From Dehalococcoidia bacterium (GTDB lineage Bacteria > Chloroflexota > Dehalococcoidia > Bin125), in the NCBI GenBank assembly GCA_963663235.2, contig CAXXNO010000004.1:64001-128000 (forward strand): a stretch of DNA of 64,000 bases, in the 5' to 3' direction. Numbering within the stretch: the first letter of the stretch is position 1; each line of letters begins with the position of its first letter. Below the pieces are notes generated by a model, which did not search any database, was not told the origin of the DNA, and saw nothing but the letters and a program-made list of their open reading frames with translations. This document shows positions 36,380 to 46,655 of this stretch, piece after piece. The translations under genes and the position numbers were made by a program.

Positions 36380-37711
36380 GTGTTGCCGAGGCGCAGATTG
36401 TGGGCGATCGGCGGGATGCTAGCCGCGGGCGGGCTCGCCGCCGCAGCGTGTAGCGGGGGTGGCTCCGGCGACGAGAATGCCATCGAGACCACCGCAGAGC
36501 AATCGCAGCGCGACGGCGCCTCGCCCGCGCCCACAGAACCGGAGGAGGCGGGGGCGGACGCCGTCGAGCCGTTCCTGCCGCTGGATGTGACCACGACACC
36601 GGCGGGCGACCCGATCTTCCGCGACCCCACTGAGCCGCACCCCTCGGGAGTCCGATGGAACACGAACTGGGACATTCGCATCATCGATCTCCAAGAGCTG
36701 CTATCAGGCGGTCCGCCACGCGACGGCATCCCGCCGCTCGATGAACCAAAGTTCGTCGACATCACTACGGCCGACGAATATTACAAGGGCAATTCGCCGG
36801 TCATTCAATTCGAGGTGAACGGCGACGTCCGCGCCTATCCGCTGGCCATCATGACCTGGCACGAGATCGTCAACGACGTTGTCGGCGGCGTGCCGGTCTC
36901 TGTCACCTTTTGCCCCCTCTGCAACAGCGCCATCGCCTTTGAACGCACAGTAGGTGAGCGCGTGTTGACCTTCGGAACCTCCGGGCTCCTCCGCAGGAGC
37001 GACCTCGTGATGTGGGACCGCCAGACCGAGAGCCTCTGGCAGCAGATCGGCGCCAGAGCCCTCGTGGGCGACCTCGTCGGTGTGGATTTGACCCTCCTGC
37101 CGGCGCCCATCGTCTCCTGGCAGCAGTTCAAGGAGAACTTTCCGGACGGCCTGGTGCTCTCTCGGGACACCGGTTTCCGCCGCCAGTACGGCGCCAACCC
37201 GTACACCGGCTACGACGACATCAACGACAGCCCGTTCCTTTTCATCGGCGAGGTGGACGATCGGCTCAGCCCCTTCGAGCGCGTGGCCACCGTGCAGTTC
37301 GAGAGCGAAGTGGTCGCCTACCCATTCCCGCTCCTGCAGACCGTGCGGCTCTATGAGGACACGCGGGACGGCGACTCCCTCGTCGTCTTCTGGACGCCGG
37401 GGACATCCTCCGCTCTGGACACGTCCGTCATCGACCAAGGTCGCGAGGTCGGCTCCACCGGCGTCTTCTCACGCGAGATCGATGGAGAGACCCTCTCCTT
37501 CATGCCGAACCCAGACGACGATCAGACATTCCTCGACACCGACACCAGCTCGGCATGGAACATCTTCGGCACGGCCGTGTCCGGGCCGCGGGCCGGCGCC
37601 CAACTGACGCCGATCGTCCACGCCAACCACTTCTGGTTCGCGTGGGCGGCCTTCATGCCGGATACGGTGATCGTCACGGGGGCGGGGGACAACGACGCCG
37701 GAGCCGGATAG
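36380..37711 (+). CDS. DUF3179 domain lipoprotein
   Basis: Lipobox AAAAC, GGPPRDGIP, RAYP..WHEIVND, TFCPLC, HFWFAW. Confidence 0.9.
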   Translation: MLPRRRLWAIGGMLAAGGLAAAACSGGGSGDENAIETTAEQSQRDGASPAPTEPEEAGADAVEPFLPLDVTTTPAGDPIFRDPTEPHPSGVRWNTNWDIRIIDLQELLSGGPPRDGIPPLDEPKFVDITTADEYYKGNSPVIQFEVNGDVRAYPLAIMTWHEIVNDVVGGVPVSVTFCPLCNSAIAFERTVGERVLTFGTSGLLRRSDLVMWDRQTESLWQQIGARALVGDLVGVDLTLLPAPIVSWQQFKENFPDGLVLSRDTGFRRQYGANPYTGYDDINDSPFLFIGEVDDRLSPFERVATVQFESEVVAYPFPLLQTVRLYEDTRDGDSLVVFWTPGTSSALDTSVIDQGREVGSTGVFSREIDGETLSFMPNPDDDQTFLDTDTSSAWNIFGTAVSGPRAGAQLTPIVHANHFWFAWAAFMPDTVIVTGAGDNDAGAG

Positions 37712-38307
37712 CGACGGGCCGCTGGGGAACGCTCAGGCAGCCGGTAAGCACTCCAGCAGGCGTCCGGCGTGGGTTTCGCGCCGGGGGGCCAGACCACAAA
37801 GGTGAACCGGTAACTCAGCGCCACCGTGCCGTCTCGCTCGACGCACTGGAGAAGCCGCTCCCCCGTCGCGACTTGGCCGCGAGATCGCGCCCGCGCCTCG
37901 CTCTCCGTAAGCGCCCTTCCGAGCGATTGCACCTCCAGGATGGCGCCTCGGCGCTCCACATGCACGGGAGGGGGCGTGGACGCGAGCGTCGATTGCAGCA
38001 CGAAACCCGGTAGCCGGTCTGACACAGCAGGCCCTTTCGTTTGATAGGGCCACTGTACCGGGGCCGGCTCGGCCCGCGTCATGGTGGAGTTTCCGAGCGC
38101 ACCGCGGAATCTCCCCTAATCACCCGCCCCACTCCCCGGCCGGCCCTTAGGTGGGGCGGGCAGCCCTGGAGCCTCACCCCCGAGCGAGACGAGCCATCGA
38201 GCCACCCTGAGACGCTTGAGCTAAAGCGCGTGGGTGGCGTACAACCTGTGCAGGCCATCCTGGCGCCGCCCTGATCGGCCGGCAATCGCAGAAATGGGGA
38301 GGTACAT

Positions 38308-38643
38308 ATGGCGAAGCAGCAATATCGGATCGACGCCACGGACACTCCGCGGACCAAGACGGACATCCATCGGATTATCGCGGAGAACACCGACCTGTCG
38401 CGCAAGCAGGTCGGCGAAGTGTTCGAGACCCTGTCCGCCCTCATGAAGAAGGACCTCGGCCGGCGTGGGCCAGGCGTCTTCAACATACCGGGGCTGATGA
38501 AGATCATGGTCCAGCGCAAGCCCGCTACCCCGGCGCGGGAGGGAGTCAATCCCTTCACCGGCGAACAGACCGTGTTCAAAGCGAAGCCCGCCCGCAACGT
38601 CGTCAAGGTGCGGCCGCTCAAGGGCCTCAAGGACATGGTCTAG
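38308..38643 (+). CDS. HU family DNA-binding protein (HU-like subfamily)
   Basis: TKT.I...IAE.T.LSRKQV, IPGL.K, KPA..AREG.NPFTGE, K.LKD; GGAGG RBS. Confidence 0.9.
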   Translation: MAKQQYRIDATDTPRTKTDIHRIIAENTDLSRKQVGEVFETLSALMKKDLGRRGPGVFNIPGLMKIMVQRKPATPAREGVNPFTGEQTVFKAKPARNVVKVRPLKGLKDMV

Positions 38644-38743
38644 TCCGTTCCCCGTCCAGCGCCGCCCGCGCCGGATCCCTGCCGGGGCCGGGGCCCGGCG
38701 CTTCCGCTCTAGTACGCTAGGAGCGGAGACAAGGAGGGGCGCC

Positions 38744-39733
38744 ATGGGCGGAAGCGCGAAGAAGGAGCGGGTACGCGCCGCGCTGGCCGGTCGCCCGGTT
38801 GACCGCGTGCCGACATCGCTATGGGGGCATGATTTCCTCCGCGAATGGGAGCCGCGCGACCTGGCTGGGGCGACGCTAGAGGATTATCGCGCGCACGATT
38901 GGGACTTCATCAAGCTCAATCCGCGCTCCACGTACTTTGCCGAAGCCTGGGGCAATACCTACGATCGCCCCAGCGAGCAGCGGCAGCCGCGCCTCCTCCG
39001 GCCGGCTGTGCAGGGGATCGAGGACCTGGCCGCCCTGCGCGCCGTCGATCCCGTTGGTGGGGTATTCGCCGAGCATCTCACCGCTCTCCGCCTGGTGCTG
39101 GAGGAGGTCGGCGACGAAGTAGACGTGATCCAGACGATCTTTTCGCCGCTCGGAGTGGCTGGCGCGCTCTGCGGCGGCGAAGCGGCGTTTCGCGAGCACG
39201 CCGCCGCCGACCCGGCCGCCGCCCATCACGCACTCTCCGTGATCGGGGGGGTATTGGACGCCTACGCCGCAGCCTCGATCGACGCCGGATCGGCCGGGAT
39301 CTTCTACGCGCCTCTGGCGTGGGCCAGCCACGACACGTGCACGGAGCCGTTCTACCGAGAGTTCGGGCGACCTTACGACCTTCAGCTCCTCCACCGCGTG
39401 CGGGGCGCTCCGTTCAACGTTCTGCACGTCTGTCGCAACCACAACATGATCGATCTGCTGCTGGACTATCCTGTGGCGGCGCTGAACTGGGCCGATCGCG
39501 GAGTTGGCAACCCCAGCCTCGCGGACGTGAAGGCGCGCACGGCCAAGGCCGTGATGGGCGGCATCGACCAAACACGGTTGACGGAAATGGCGGACGACGC
39601 CGTAGCCGAGCAAGCTCGCTCGGCGCTGGCGGTGGGGCCGGAGCGCCTCTTCCTGACCGCCGGCTGCTCCATTCCTCCCGCCACATCGGCGGCCAATCGC
39701 GCCGTAGTCCGCCGGGCGGCGCGCGCGGACTGA
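38744..39733 (+). CDS. Uroporphyrinogen decarboxylase/MtaA-CmuA superfamily protein (not canonical HemE)
   Basis: DRVP..LW.H, QTIFSP, LHVC, MGGID, AGCS. Confidence 0.8.
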   Translation: MGGSAKKERVRAALAGRPVDRVPTSLWGHDFLREWEPRDLAGATLEDYRAHDWDFIKLNPRSTYFAEAWGNTYDRPSEQRQPRLLRPAVQGIEDLAALRAVDPVGGVFAEHLTALRLVLEEVGDEVDVIQTIFSPLGVAGALCGGEAAFREHAAADPAAAHHALSVIGGVLDAYAAASIDAGSAGIFYAPLAWASHDTCTEPFYREFGRPYDLQLLHRVRGAPFNVLHVCRNHNMIDLLLDYPVAALNWADRGVGNPSLADVKARTAKAVMGGIDQTRLTEMADDAVAEQARSALAVGPERLFLTAGCSIPPATSAANRAVVRRAARAD

Positions 39734-39757
39734 GCCGCGCCGGAAAGGAGGCTGCAA

Positions 39758-40807
39758 GTGACCGAGCAGGAGATTCGTCTCTCTCAGTTGGCCGTTTGCG
39801 GCGGCTGAGGCTCCAAATACGGGGCTGAACCCCTGGCGCAGGTGCTGCGCCACCTCGCCGATTCGTTCCCTTCGGCCGACTTCCCCGCGCTGCTCGTGGG
39901 ACTGGACCGGCCGGACGACGCGGCTGTCTACCGGCTGAACGATGAGCAGGCCATCGTGCAGACGCTGGACTTTTTCCCGCCGTTCCTGGATGACCCCTAC
40001 ATCTATGGGGCGATCGCCGCGGCGAACGCCATGAACGACATCTATGCCATGGGGGGCGAGGTGCTCTTCGCCCTGAACATCGCAGGCTTCCCCGAGGACC
40101 TGCCGGTGCAGGTCGCGGCGCGCATCCTGGAGGGCGGCGCAGCCAAGGTGCGCGAGGCGGGAGGCGTCGTGGCCGGGGGGCACACGGTTATCGACATCGA
40201 GCCGAAGTACGGACTCTGCGTCACCGGCTTGGTGCACCCGCAGCGCATCCGGACCGTTGCCGGGGCCCGCCCAGGCGACATCATCGTGCTCACCAAGAAG
40301 CTGGGAACGGGTGTCCTGATCAGCGCGTTACAGAAGGGCCGAGCACAGGCAGAGCACGCCGAGGCAGCCATCCAGCAGATGCAGCAGTTGAACGCCGCCG
40401 CCGCCCGCGCCACCCACGACCTTGACGTGCATGCCATGACCGATGTCACTGGCTTCGGGATCGGCGGGCACCTGATCGAGATCGCACGCAGCAGCGGTGT
40501 GGAGATCCGGCTTGCGATCGGGGCGCTGCCCGTCCTGGACGGGTTCCTCGACTACGCGACCATGGGACTGACGACCGAAGGTCAGCGCCGGAACCAGGAG
40601 CACTTCGGCCGAGAGGTGTACGCCGAGGGTCCGCTCACCCCGGAGCAGGAGGCGCTGCTCTTCGACCCCCAGACGGCCGGCGGGCTCGTCATTGTGCTGC
40701 CGGAAGGAGAAGGCAGCCGCCTGCAGGAGCGTCTGGCGGATGCGGACGTCCCGAGCTGGCGCGTGGGCGACATCGCCGCGGGCAGCGGACTCTCCGTCTC
40801 GCCCTGA
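39758..40807 (+). CDS. selD: Selenide, water dikinase with in-frame UGA (selenocysteine) at codon 17
   Basis: AAGGAGG RBS, GTG start, MTEQEIRLSQLAVCGG-UGA-GSK (TGA 39806-39808), in frame with DDAAVY, QTLDFF, ANAMNDIYAMGG, GGHT, TDVTGFG, DPQTAGGL. Confidence 0.92.
39835..39851 (+). promoter_or_regulatory. SECIS-like hairpin
   Basis: GGCGCAG-GTG-CTGCGCC perfect stem with G-first loop, about 34 nt after the UGA. Confidence 0.6.
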
Positions 40808-40817
40808 CGCCCTGTCC

Positions 40818-42041
40818 ATGGCATCGATCCTCGACGTGGCGGTGATCGGCGGCGGCATCATAGGACTCGCGACGGCTATGGAGCTGACCGGCCGCTACTC
40901 GGGCCTGCACGTGGCCGTCCTGGAAAAAGAGCCTCGCACCGGCGCTCATCAGTCGAGCCACAACAGCGGCGTCATCCATTCCGGCCTGTACTACCGTCCC
41001 GGCTCTGCCAAAGCGGAGATGGCGGTCCGGGGTGCACGCGGCATGATGGCATTCTGCGACGAGCACGCCATCCCCTACGAACGCTGCGGCAAGGTGGTGG
41101 TTGCCACCTCGGCGCAGGAGATCCCGCGGTTGGAGGAGCTCGAACGGCGGGGGCGGGCCAATGGCGTAGCGGATCTGCGGATGATCGGCCCCGAGGAGCT
41201 ACGGACGCTGGAGCCGAACGCCGCCGGTTTGCAAGCCTTGCACGTGCCTGGCACCGGGATTGTGGAGTTCGCTGCGGTGGTAGACGCCTACCGCGCGATT
41301 CTGGAAGCGCGGGGGGGCGAGGTCCGCGTCCGCGCGGCGGTCCGCGCCGTTCGATCAATGGAGGACGGCCTCACAATCACGACTGCCGCGGGGCCGATCA
41401 ACGCGCGGTATGCCATCAACTGCGCCGGGCTCTTCGCGGACCGCATCAGCGCGCTCGCGGGGCGACCGCCGTCCCTGCGGATCGTGCCCTTCCGCGGCGA
41501 GTACTACAAACTCAAGCCGACGCGGCGCGCCCTGGTGCGAAACCTGATCTACCCCGTGCCGGATCCCTCGTTCCCATTCCTGGGGGTGCACTTCACGCGG
41601 CGGATCGACGGCAGCATTGAGGCCGGCCCCAACGCAGTGCTCGCGCTCAAGCGTGAGGGCTATCGCTGGCGCGACGTGGACCCGCGCGACACGCTGGAGA
41701 CGCTGCGCTACCCCGGCTTCTGGCGCCTTGCGCGGCGCCACTGGCGCCCCGGCATCGGCGAGGTGTATCGCTCACTACATCGGGCCGCACTCGTGGCGGC
41801 GCTGCGTAGGCTGGTACCGGCGCTGGACGCGGACGACCTGGTGCGCGCCGGTGCGGGAGTCCGGGCCCAGGCGCTCGACCGCGACGGCGGCTTGGTGGAC
41901 GATTTCCGGATCGTGGAGTCGGAGCGGATGATTCACGTGTTGAACGCACCCTCGCCCGGAGCCACGGCATCCCTGTGTATTGGCGGCGCCATTGCGGACA
42001 TGGCGGCGGGCTGGCTGGGGCCCGCCTCCCAGCGTCACTAG
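40818..42041 (+). CDS. lhgO: L-2-hydroxyglutarate oxidase
   Basis: GGGIIG, HQSSHNSGVIHSGLYY.PGS.KA, IYPVPD..FPFLGVH, NAPSPGATA. Confidence 0.9.
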   Translation: MASILDVAVIGGGIIGLATAMELTGRYSGLHVAVLEKEPRTGAHQSSHNSGVIHSGLYYRPGSAKAEMAVRGARGMMAFCDEHAIPYERCGKVVVATSAQEIPRLEELERRGRANGVADLRMIGPEELRTLEPNAAGLQALHVPGTGIVEFAAVVDAYRAILEARGGEVRVRAAVRAVRSMEDGLTITTAAGPINARYAINCAGLFADRISALAGRPPSLRIVPFRGEYYKLKPTRRALVRNLIYPVPDPSFPFLGVHFTRRIDGSIEAGPNAVLALKREGYRWRDVDPRDTLETLRYPGFWRLARRHWRPGIGEVYRSLHRAALVAALRRLVPALDADDLVRAGAGVRAQALDRDGGLVDDFRIVESERMIHVLNAPSPGATASLCIGGAIADMAAGWLGPASQRH

Positions 42042-42055
42042 CGCTTGACCACGCC

Positions 42056-43237
42056 ATGCACCTCACGACGCTCACGCTGGACCAGTTTCGCTCGTATCCG
42101 CATTGCTCGCTGACGTTACAGCCAGGGCTGACGCTGATCCTCGGCGACAACGCCCAGGGCAAGACCAACCTCCTCGAAGCGATTTACCTGCTCGCCGCGC
42201 TGCGCTCGCCGCGCGCCTCCAGTGACGGCGAACTCATCGCCTGGTCGGCGCCGCCCCCAGCCATCGTGCGGGTCGCGGGGACCGCGCAGGGTCGGGAGGG
42301 GAAGATCACGGTCGAGGTGGCCGCCGCTACCCGCACCGACGCGAATGGCGCCGTGCGGCGGTCGCAGAGCGGCGCACCGCTCGTGAGCAGGCGGGTGCGC
42401 CGCAACGGCATCGCCCGACGCGCCGCCGACGTCGTGGGCGCGATCAGCGCGGTGCTCTTCACCACGCTGGACATGGAGATCATCACCGGCGCACCATCGG
42501 CCCGGCGCCGCTTCCTGGACTTCACGATCGCGCAGAGCGACCGCGCGTATGCGCGCGCGAGCAGCGCGTATGAGCGGTCGCTGAGCCAGCGCAATGCCGC
42601 GTTGAAGCGGATCGCCCGCGGCGAGGGATCGGCGAGCGAGTTGGAGCCGTGGGACGATGCGCTGATCGCCGCGGGCAGCACACTCGTCGCGGGTCGGGCG
42701 GCCGCGGTGCGAGAGTTGACGGAATCGGCGGTGGGGCATCATGCGCGGCTCACGGGCGAAAGTGGTGAGCAGCTCCGCCTGGAGTACGCACCGGCGCTCG
42801 GCGGCCTGGACCTTCCGCCCCCCGCCGATGTGGAGCGCGTGTCCGACAGCCTCCGCGAGGCGCTGACCAGGCTGCGACCGCGCGAGACGGCCGCCGGCGC
42901 CACTCTGGCCGGGCCCCACCGTGACGATCTTCGCATCCTGCTGGACGGGCGGGCCGCGGCCATGTATGCGTCGCGCGCACAGCAGCGCAGCATCGCGCTC
43001 ACCCTGCGCCTGAGCGAGGCGGACTTGCTCCGCTCCCGGCGCGACGACGAACCGCTCCTGCTGTTGGACGACGTGTTCTCCGAGCTCGATCGGCACCGGC
43101 GGGCCGCCGTCGCCCAGGCCGTTGCCGGCAGTGAGCAGGTCATCCTCACGAGCGCCGACCCCGCCGCCGTACCGCCGGAGCTCCCGCCGCCCGTCGCGAC
43201 CTATCGCGTGGAGCGGGGACGGCTCACGCCCATCTAA
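42056..43237 (+). CDS. recF: DNA replication/repair protein RecF
   Basis: FRSY, GDNAQGKTNLLEAI, RRRFLD, GPHRDDL, S..QQR, LLLDDVFSELD. Confidence 0.93.
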   Translation: MHLTTLTLDQFRSYPHCSLTLQPGLTLILGDNAQGKTNLLEAIYLLAALRSPRASSDGELIAWSAPPPAIVRVAGTAQGREGKITVEVAAATRTDANGAVRRSQSGAPLVSRRVRRNGIARRAADVVGAISAVLFTTLDMEIITGAPSARRRFLDFTIAQSDRAYARASSAYERSLSQRNAALKRIARGEGSASELEPWDDALIAAGSTLVAGRAAAVRELTESAVGHHARLTGESGEQLRLEYAPALGGLDLPPPADVERVSDSLREALTRLRPRETAAGATLAGPHRDDLRILLDGRAAAMYASRAQQRSIALTLRLSEADLLRSRRDDEPLLLLDDVFSELDRHRRAAVAQAVAGSEQVILTSADPAAVPPELPPPVATYRVERGRLTPI

Positions 43238-44151
43238 GGCAGCGGCTGAAACACCGGCCGACCAGCCCGGGGGACGAGCATAGTGACCGCCGCCGGCTCA
43301 ACAGTGAAAGCCGTCGCGGCCTGCGGCACGGCATCGCCATCGAGCTGCATAGGCGGCGCAGCGCCCTCGATGACGATGCGGCGCGCGCGCCGATAGAGCA
43401 CGTGACGGGAGCGGAGATGGCGCCGCAGCAAGACCAGCGCCAGCATGCGCAGCGTGCCCGGCACGCCGCGGCCGCGAAAGACGACGCAGTCCAATAGTCC
43501 ATCCACCGCGGAGGCCTCTGCGGTGATCGTGGCCACGCCGCCATAGTTGCGCGTATTGCCCAAGACGATCATCGTCGCCTCCACGTTAACCGCGGGGTCG
43601 TCATCGAAGCGCACGGCCGCCTGGAATCCCGGATAGCGTGCGCCGACGCGCAGCCCCGTCCACGCATAGGCCAGCGGGCCGGTGCATCGCTTCAGGCCCG
43701 GGCGCACCGCGGCGACCGTCGCCGCGTCCAGTCCCAGACCGGCCATCAGCAAGAAGCGGCGTTCCGCCGCCCGGCCCAAGTCCAGGCGCACGGGGGTGCC
43801 GCTGAGCTGCGCTCGCAGTGCGCGGTCGGCGCGGCGCGGGATCCCCGCCTCCTTGGCCCACACGTTGGCTGTGCCTCCGGGAATCACGCCGATGGGCAGG
43901 TCGGGCCGCCGGAGCCCATTCAGGACCTCGTTGAGCGTGCCGTCGCCCCCGCACGCCACAATCAACTCCGCCCCGGCGCTCTCCGCTTCCGCCGCGATCT
44001 GGGTGGCGTGGAGGGGGCCGTCCGTCTCGCGGATTTCCGGCGCGATCGAGTGATCGCGCCCCGCCGCCTCGATGGCGGCGACCAACACTTCGCGGGAGGG
44101 AAGCGTCCGCGCCGCGGGATTCACAATGAAGACCGCTCGTCGCATCGGCAT
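43234..44151 (-). CDS. Diacylglycerol kinase family lipid kinase
   Basis: IVNPAA, GGDGTLNEV, IPGGTAN, G.G.DA, YGG, QLDGD. Confidence 0.9.
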   Translation of the reverse strand: MPMRRAVFIVNPAARTLPSREVLVAAIEAAGRDHSIAPEIRETDGPLHATQIAAEAESAGAELIVACGGDGTLNEVLNGLRRPDLPIGVIPGGTANVWAKEAGIPRRADRALRAQLSGTPVRLDLGRAAERRFLLMAGLGLDAATVAAVRPGLKRCTGPLAYAWTGLRVGARYPGFQAAVRFDDDPAVNVEATMIVLGNTRNYGGVATITAEASAVDGLLDCVVFRGRGVPGTLRMLALVLLRRHLRSRHVLYRRARRIVIEGAAPPMQLDGDAVPQAATAFTVEPAAVTMLVPRAGRPVFQPLP

Positions 44152-44294
44152 AGCAGTTGACTGGCTCCCAGTCCGGTGTAGCAGGGCCCGATCGGAAGGA
44201 AAAGGTACGGCAGATTGACCCAAGCCGCGCGCCCCGCCGATCATGGGGCGGCGTGGCGGCAAGGCCGCAGCTCGACCAACGGAAAGGGGAGTTC

Positions 44295-44756
44295 GTGCCA
44301 AAACGCCCAGGCGTCAAGCGACTCGACCACGTCAGCATCGCCACGAGTGATGCGAAGCAGACGCTCGCCTTCCTCAGCCGCTTACTGGGAGCGGAGATCG
44401 CCTGTCCCATTGCCGAGGAGGGCGAAGGGTACCGTGGCGCCTATCTCTATTTTGCCGACAGCCAGGCCCGCGTGGAGGTCCTGGAGCCCTGCGACGCGCA
44501 ATCCTTTCTCAGCAAGTTCATCGCCGAACGGGGTCCCGGCGTTCATCACATCACGTTTGAGGTGGACGATGTGGAGGAAACTGCGGCGTTCCTCAAGGAA
44601 GAGATGGGAATTGAGCCGTACCGCGGCGTCTGGTCGGATCACGAATGGAAACAAACCTTCGTGCACCCCAAGGATACCGGCGGCGTCCTGCTCCAGTTTT
44701 ACGAATGGTTGCCGGGGAAGCGTCCGGACAACGCCCCGAAGATCGAGGAGATCTGA
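44295..44756 (+). CDS. Methylmalonyl-CoA epimerase-like VOC protein
   Basis: DHVSIA, EVLEP, GPGVHHITFEV, FVHPKDTGGVL.Q. Confidence 0.82.
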   Translation: MPKRPGVKRLDHVSIATSDAKQTLAFLSRLLGAEIACPIAEEGEGYRGAYLYFADSQARVEVLEPCDAQSFLSKFIAERGPGVHHITFEVDDVEETAAFLKEEMGIEPYRGVWSDHEWKQTFVHPKDTGGVLLQFYEWLPGKRPDNAPKIEEI

Positions 44757-44762
44757 TCCGCC

Positions 44763-45302
44763 ATGGCCGCGCGTCCGGACCTGCCACCGATCCACTACGT
44801 GGACGGCGAGTTTGTCTCCACGCGCGACGTCCCCTTTTCTCCCTCCCTGGACGAATTGATCGCGGAGATCCGCTCGGGCCAAGCGCCCAACCTGGGCCGC
44901 TTCTGCGGCTACTGCTGCACCCCGCTGGGCGCCGACAGTCAGCGCTGCGCGACCTGCGACACCCGCATCGACGACGTACCGCCGCGCAGCAAGATCCCAC
45001 GTCCCCTGGCCGCCGTCTATACGCGCAAGCGCAAGATTGAAGCGCGCATCATCCACAGCGCGGCCTGGCTGGGCATCGCCCTGGGCACGGGGATCGGAAG
45101 CGGGCTGATCCTGGCGCTCCCAAGCTGGACCAAGATCGTGGGCGTAATCTTCCTGCTGGCGGGGTCGTTCTACATCGCGTCGTACTTCGGTAATGTCCTG
45201 GCCCAAAACTACGCCTACCGCCGCGGCTTCAAGGCGTTTGCACAGCGCTGGCAGGAGTACCTGCGGGCGCGCGCGAGCGGAGCGGCCGAAGACGATGCCT
45301 AG
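44763..45302 (+). CDS. Hypothetical membrane protein with zinc ribbon
   Basis: CGYC...CATC followed by two TM helices. Confidence 0.7.
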   Translation: MAARPDLPPIHYVDGEFVSTRDVPFSPSLDELIAEIRSGQAPNLGRFCGYCCTPLGADSQRCATCDTRIDDVPPRSKIPRPLAAVYTRKRKIEARIIHSAAWLGIALGTGIGSGLILALPSWTKIVGVIFLLAGSFYIASYFGNVLAQNYAYRRGFKAFAQRWQEYLRARASGAAEDDA

Positions 45303-46482
45303 GCGCTGGGCGCCCGTGATCCTCGCCGCTGGAATCGCGCTCGCCGCGCTCGCCGCGGCCTGCGGCGGAGGCGAGGACAGCGACGAGCAAGCGGTTGACG
45401 AACTGCCAGTCGCTCAGAGCGCTGTTGAGCAAGTGGCCGACGAGCAAGCCTCCACGACGCCAGCCGAGCCCGCGCCTCCACCGCCCGCGGACCAGCTCGA
45501 ACCCGAAGTGCCGCCGCCGCCCGAAATCTCCGCCGAGGAACAGGGGGACTGGGTCCGCATCTCCCCCAGTGGGGACTTTGAGCGGATCGCCGTCGACGAG
45601 AGCGGACGCATCATCATCGCGGCCGGGCGCGGCGCGGGGATCATCTCCCGCGACGGCGGCGCCACCTGGGAGCTGCTGGACTGGCCGGGCGATCAGCGCT
45701 TCGGCGTCGCGGTATCACCGGATGGCCTCCAGATCCTCGTGAGTGGAATCGGCGCGCTCGCGGGTCAGGAGAACACGTCGCTGTGGAGTACGGATGGCGG
45801 CCTGACGTGGACCGACACCGGCCGCCTCGTCCAGACGGCCGTGGCGCAAGTGACCGACCTGTTCCTGGTTGGCTCCGCCGGAACCGGTCTCATCTCCACC
45901 AGCGACGGCGGAGCCACGGGCCCGATCCTCATTCGCCAGGGAGTCGATGGCGACGGTAACTTCGCGCCGGTGAATATCACTCTGAACGCGCGCCGCATCG
46001 ACGACATCGTCCTGATCAGCGCCAGCGAAGGGGGGAGCGTTCTGCTCACGCGCACCCGCGATCGCGGGGAGACCATCGAGTTGCTGGAGACCGGCTTCGA
46101 GCTCTCCGGCGCCACGGTAGTGAGCTTCTTCCCCGTCGGCTTCGTGCTCATGAGCCAGGGAAGCGGCGTCCTCCTCAGCTTTGACGATGGCGCTACCTGG
46201 TTCTCTCAGAATGTCGGCCTGGAGAAGTTCGATCAGAGTGGAGCCTATCCCGCTCTGGTCGACCTCGTCGTGATGCCGGGCAGCGCCCTGCCGATCCTCG
46301 CGTCCACTACGCTGTCGCTACGTTTCGACCCCGGCGGGTGGGAGGCTATCGGCCGGCCCGGCTCGCAGATCCGCGACCTGGTCGTACTCCCCGGTGCGCC
46401 ACCCGCCGTCCTGGCGGCGACCGCGGACGGCGTCTACCGCCTGGAAGATCCGGCGGCCGCGATAGTCACGCCCGGCCCCTGA
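45295..46482 (+). CDS. Lipoprotein with BNR/Asp-box beta-propeller repeats
   Basis: Lipobox LAAAC; repeated S.DGG.TW motifs. Confidence 0.75.
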   Translation: MPRRWAPVILAAGIALAALAAACGGGEDSDEQAVDELPVAQSAVEQVADEQASTTPAEPAPPPPADQLEPEVPPPPEISAEEQGDWVRISPSGDFERIAVDESGRIIIAAGRGAGIISRDGGATWELLDWPGDQRFGVAVSPDGLQILVSGIGALAGQENTSLWSTDGGLTWTDTGRLVQTAVAQVTDLFLVGSAGTGLISTSDGGATGPILIRQGVDGDGNFAPVNITLNARRIDDIVLISASEGGSVLLTRTRDRGETIELLETGFELSGATVVSFFPVGFVLMSQGSGVLLSFDDGATWFSQNVGLEKFDQSGAYPALVDLVVMPGSALPILASTTLSLRFDPGGWEAIGRPGSQIRDLVVLPGAPPAVLAATADGVYRLEDPAAAIVTPGP

Positions 46483-46500
46483 CGCCGGGGGGTTAGGGCT

Positions 46501-46655
46501 GGACACTCAAGAACTGTTCGATCGACTCAGGGGCGCCCAGCACTTCGCCGGCCGGTGATCAACGTCGGCGAGATCATGCCGTCCGCGCCGGCCTGCCGCA
46601 GCTTCGGCTCGGAGCCGGGCTCGTTGAAGCGGACCACCACGTAGGGGTATGGAAG
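46501..46655 (-). pseudogene. Remnant of a TrkA/RCK-domain potassium channel gene
   Basis: PYVVVRFNEPGSEPKLRQAGADGMISPTLITGRR (RCK-N end-like) joined out of frame to VLGAPESIEQFL (TrkA-C end-like); no start codon. Confidence 0.55.

Noticed and set aside
37522-38082. 186-aa - strand ORF between the DUF3179 and HU-like genes
   Set aside because: Overlaps the DUF3179 3' end by 190 nt and has no recognisable motif; it may be a remnant, but I cannot support a call
38744-39733. hemE assignment
   Set aside because: Lacks the RQAGR motif and has no heme genes nearby
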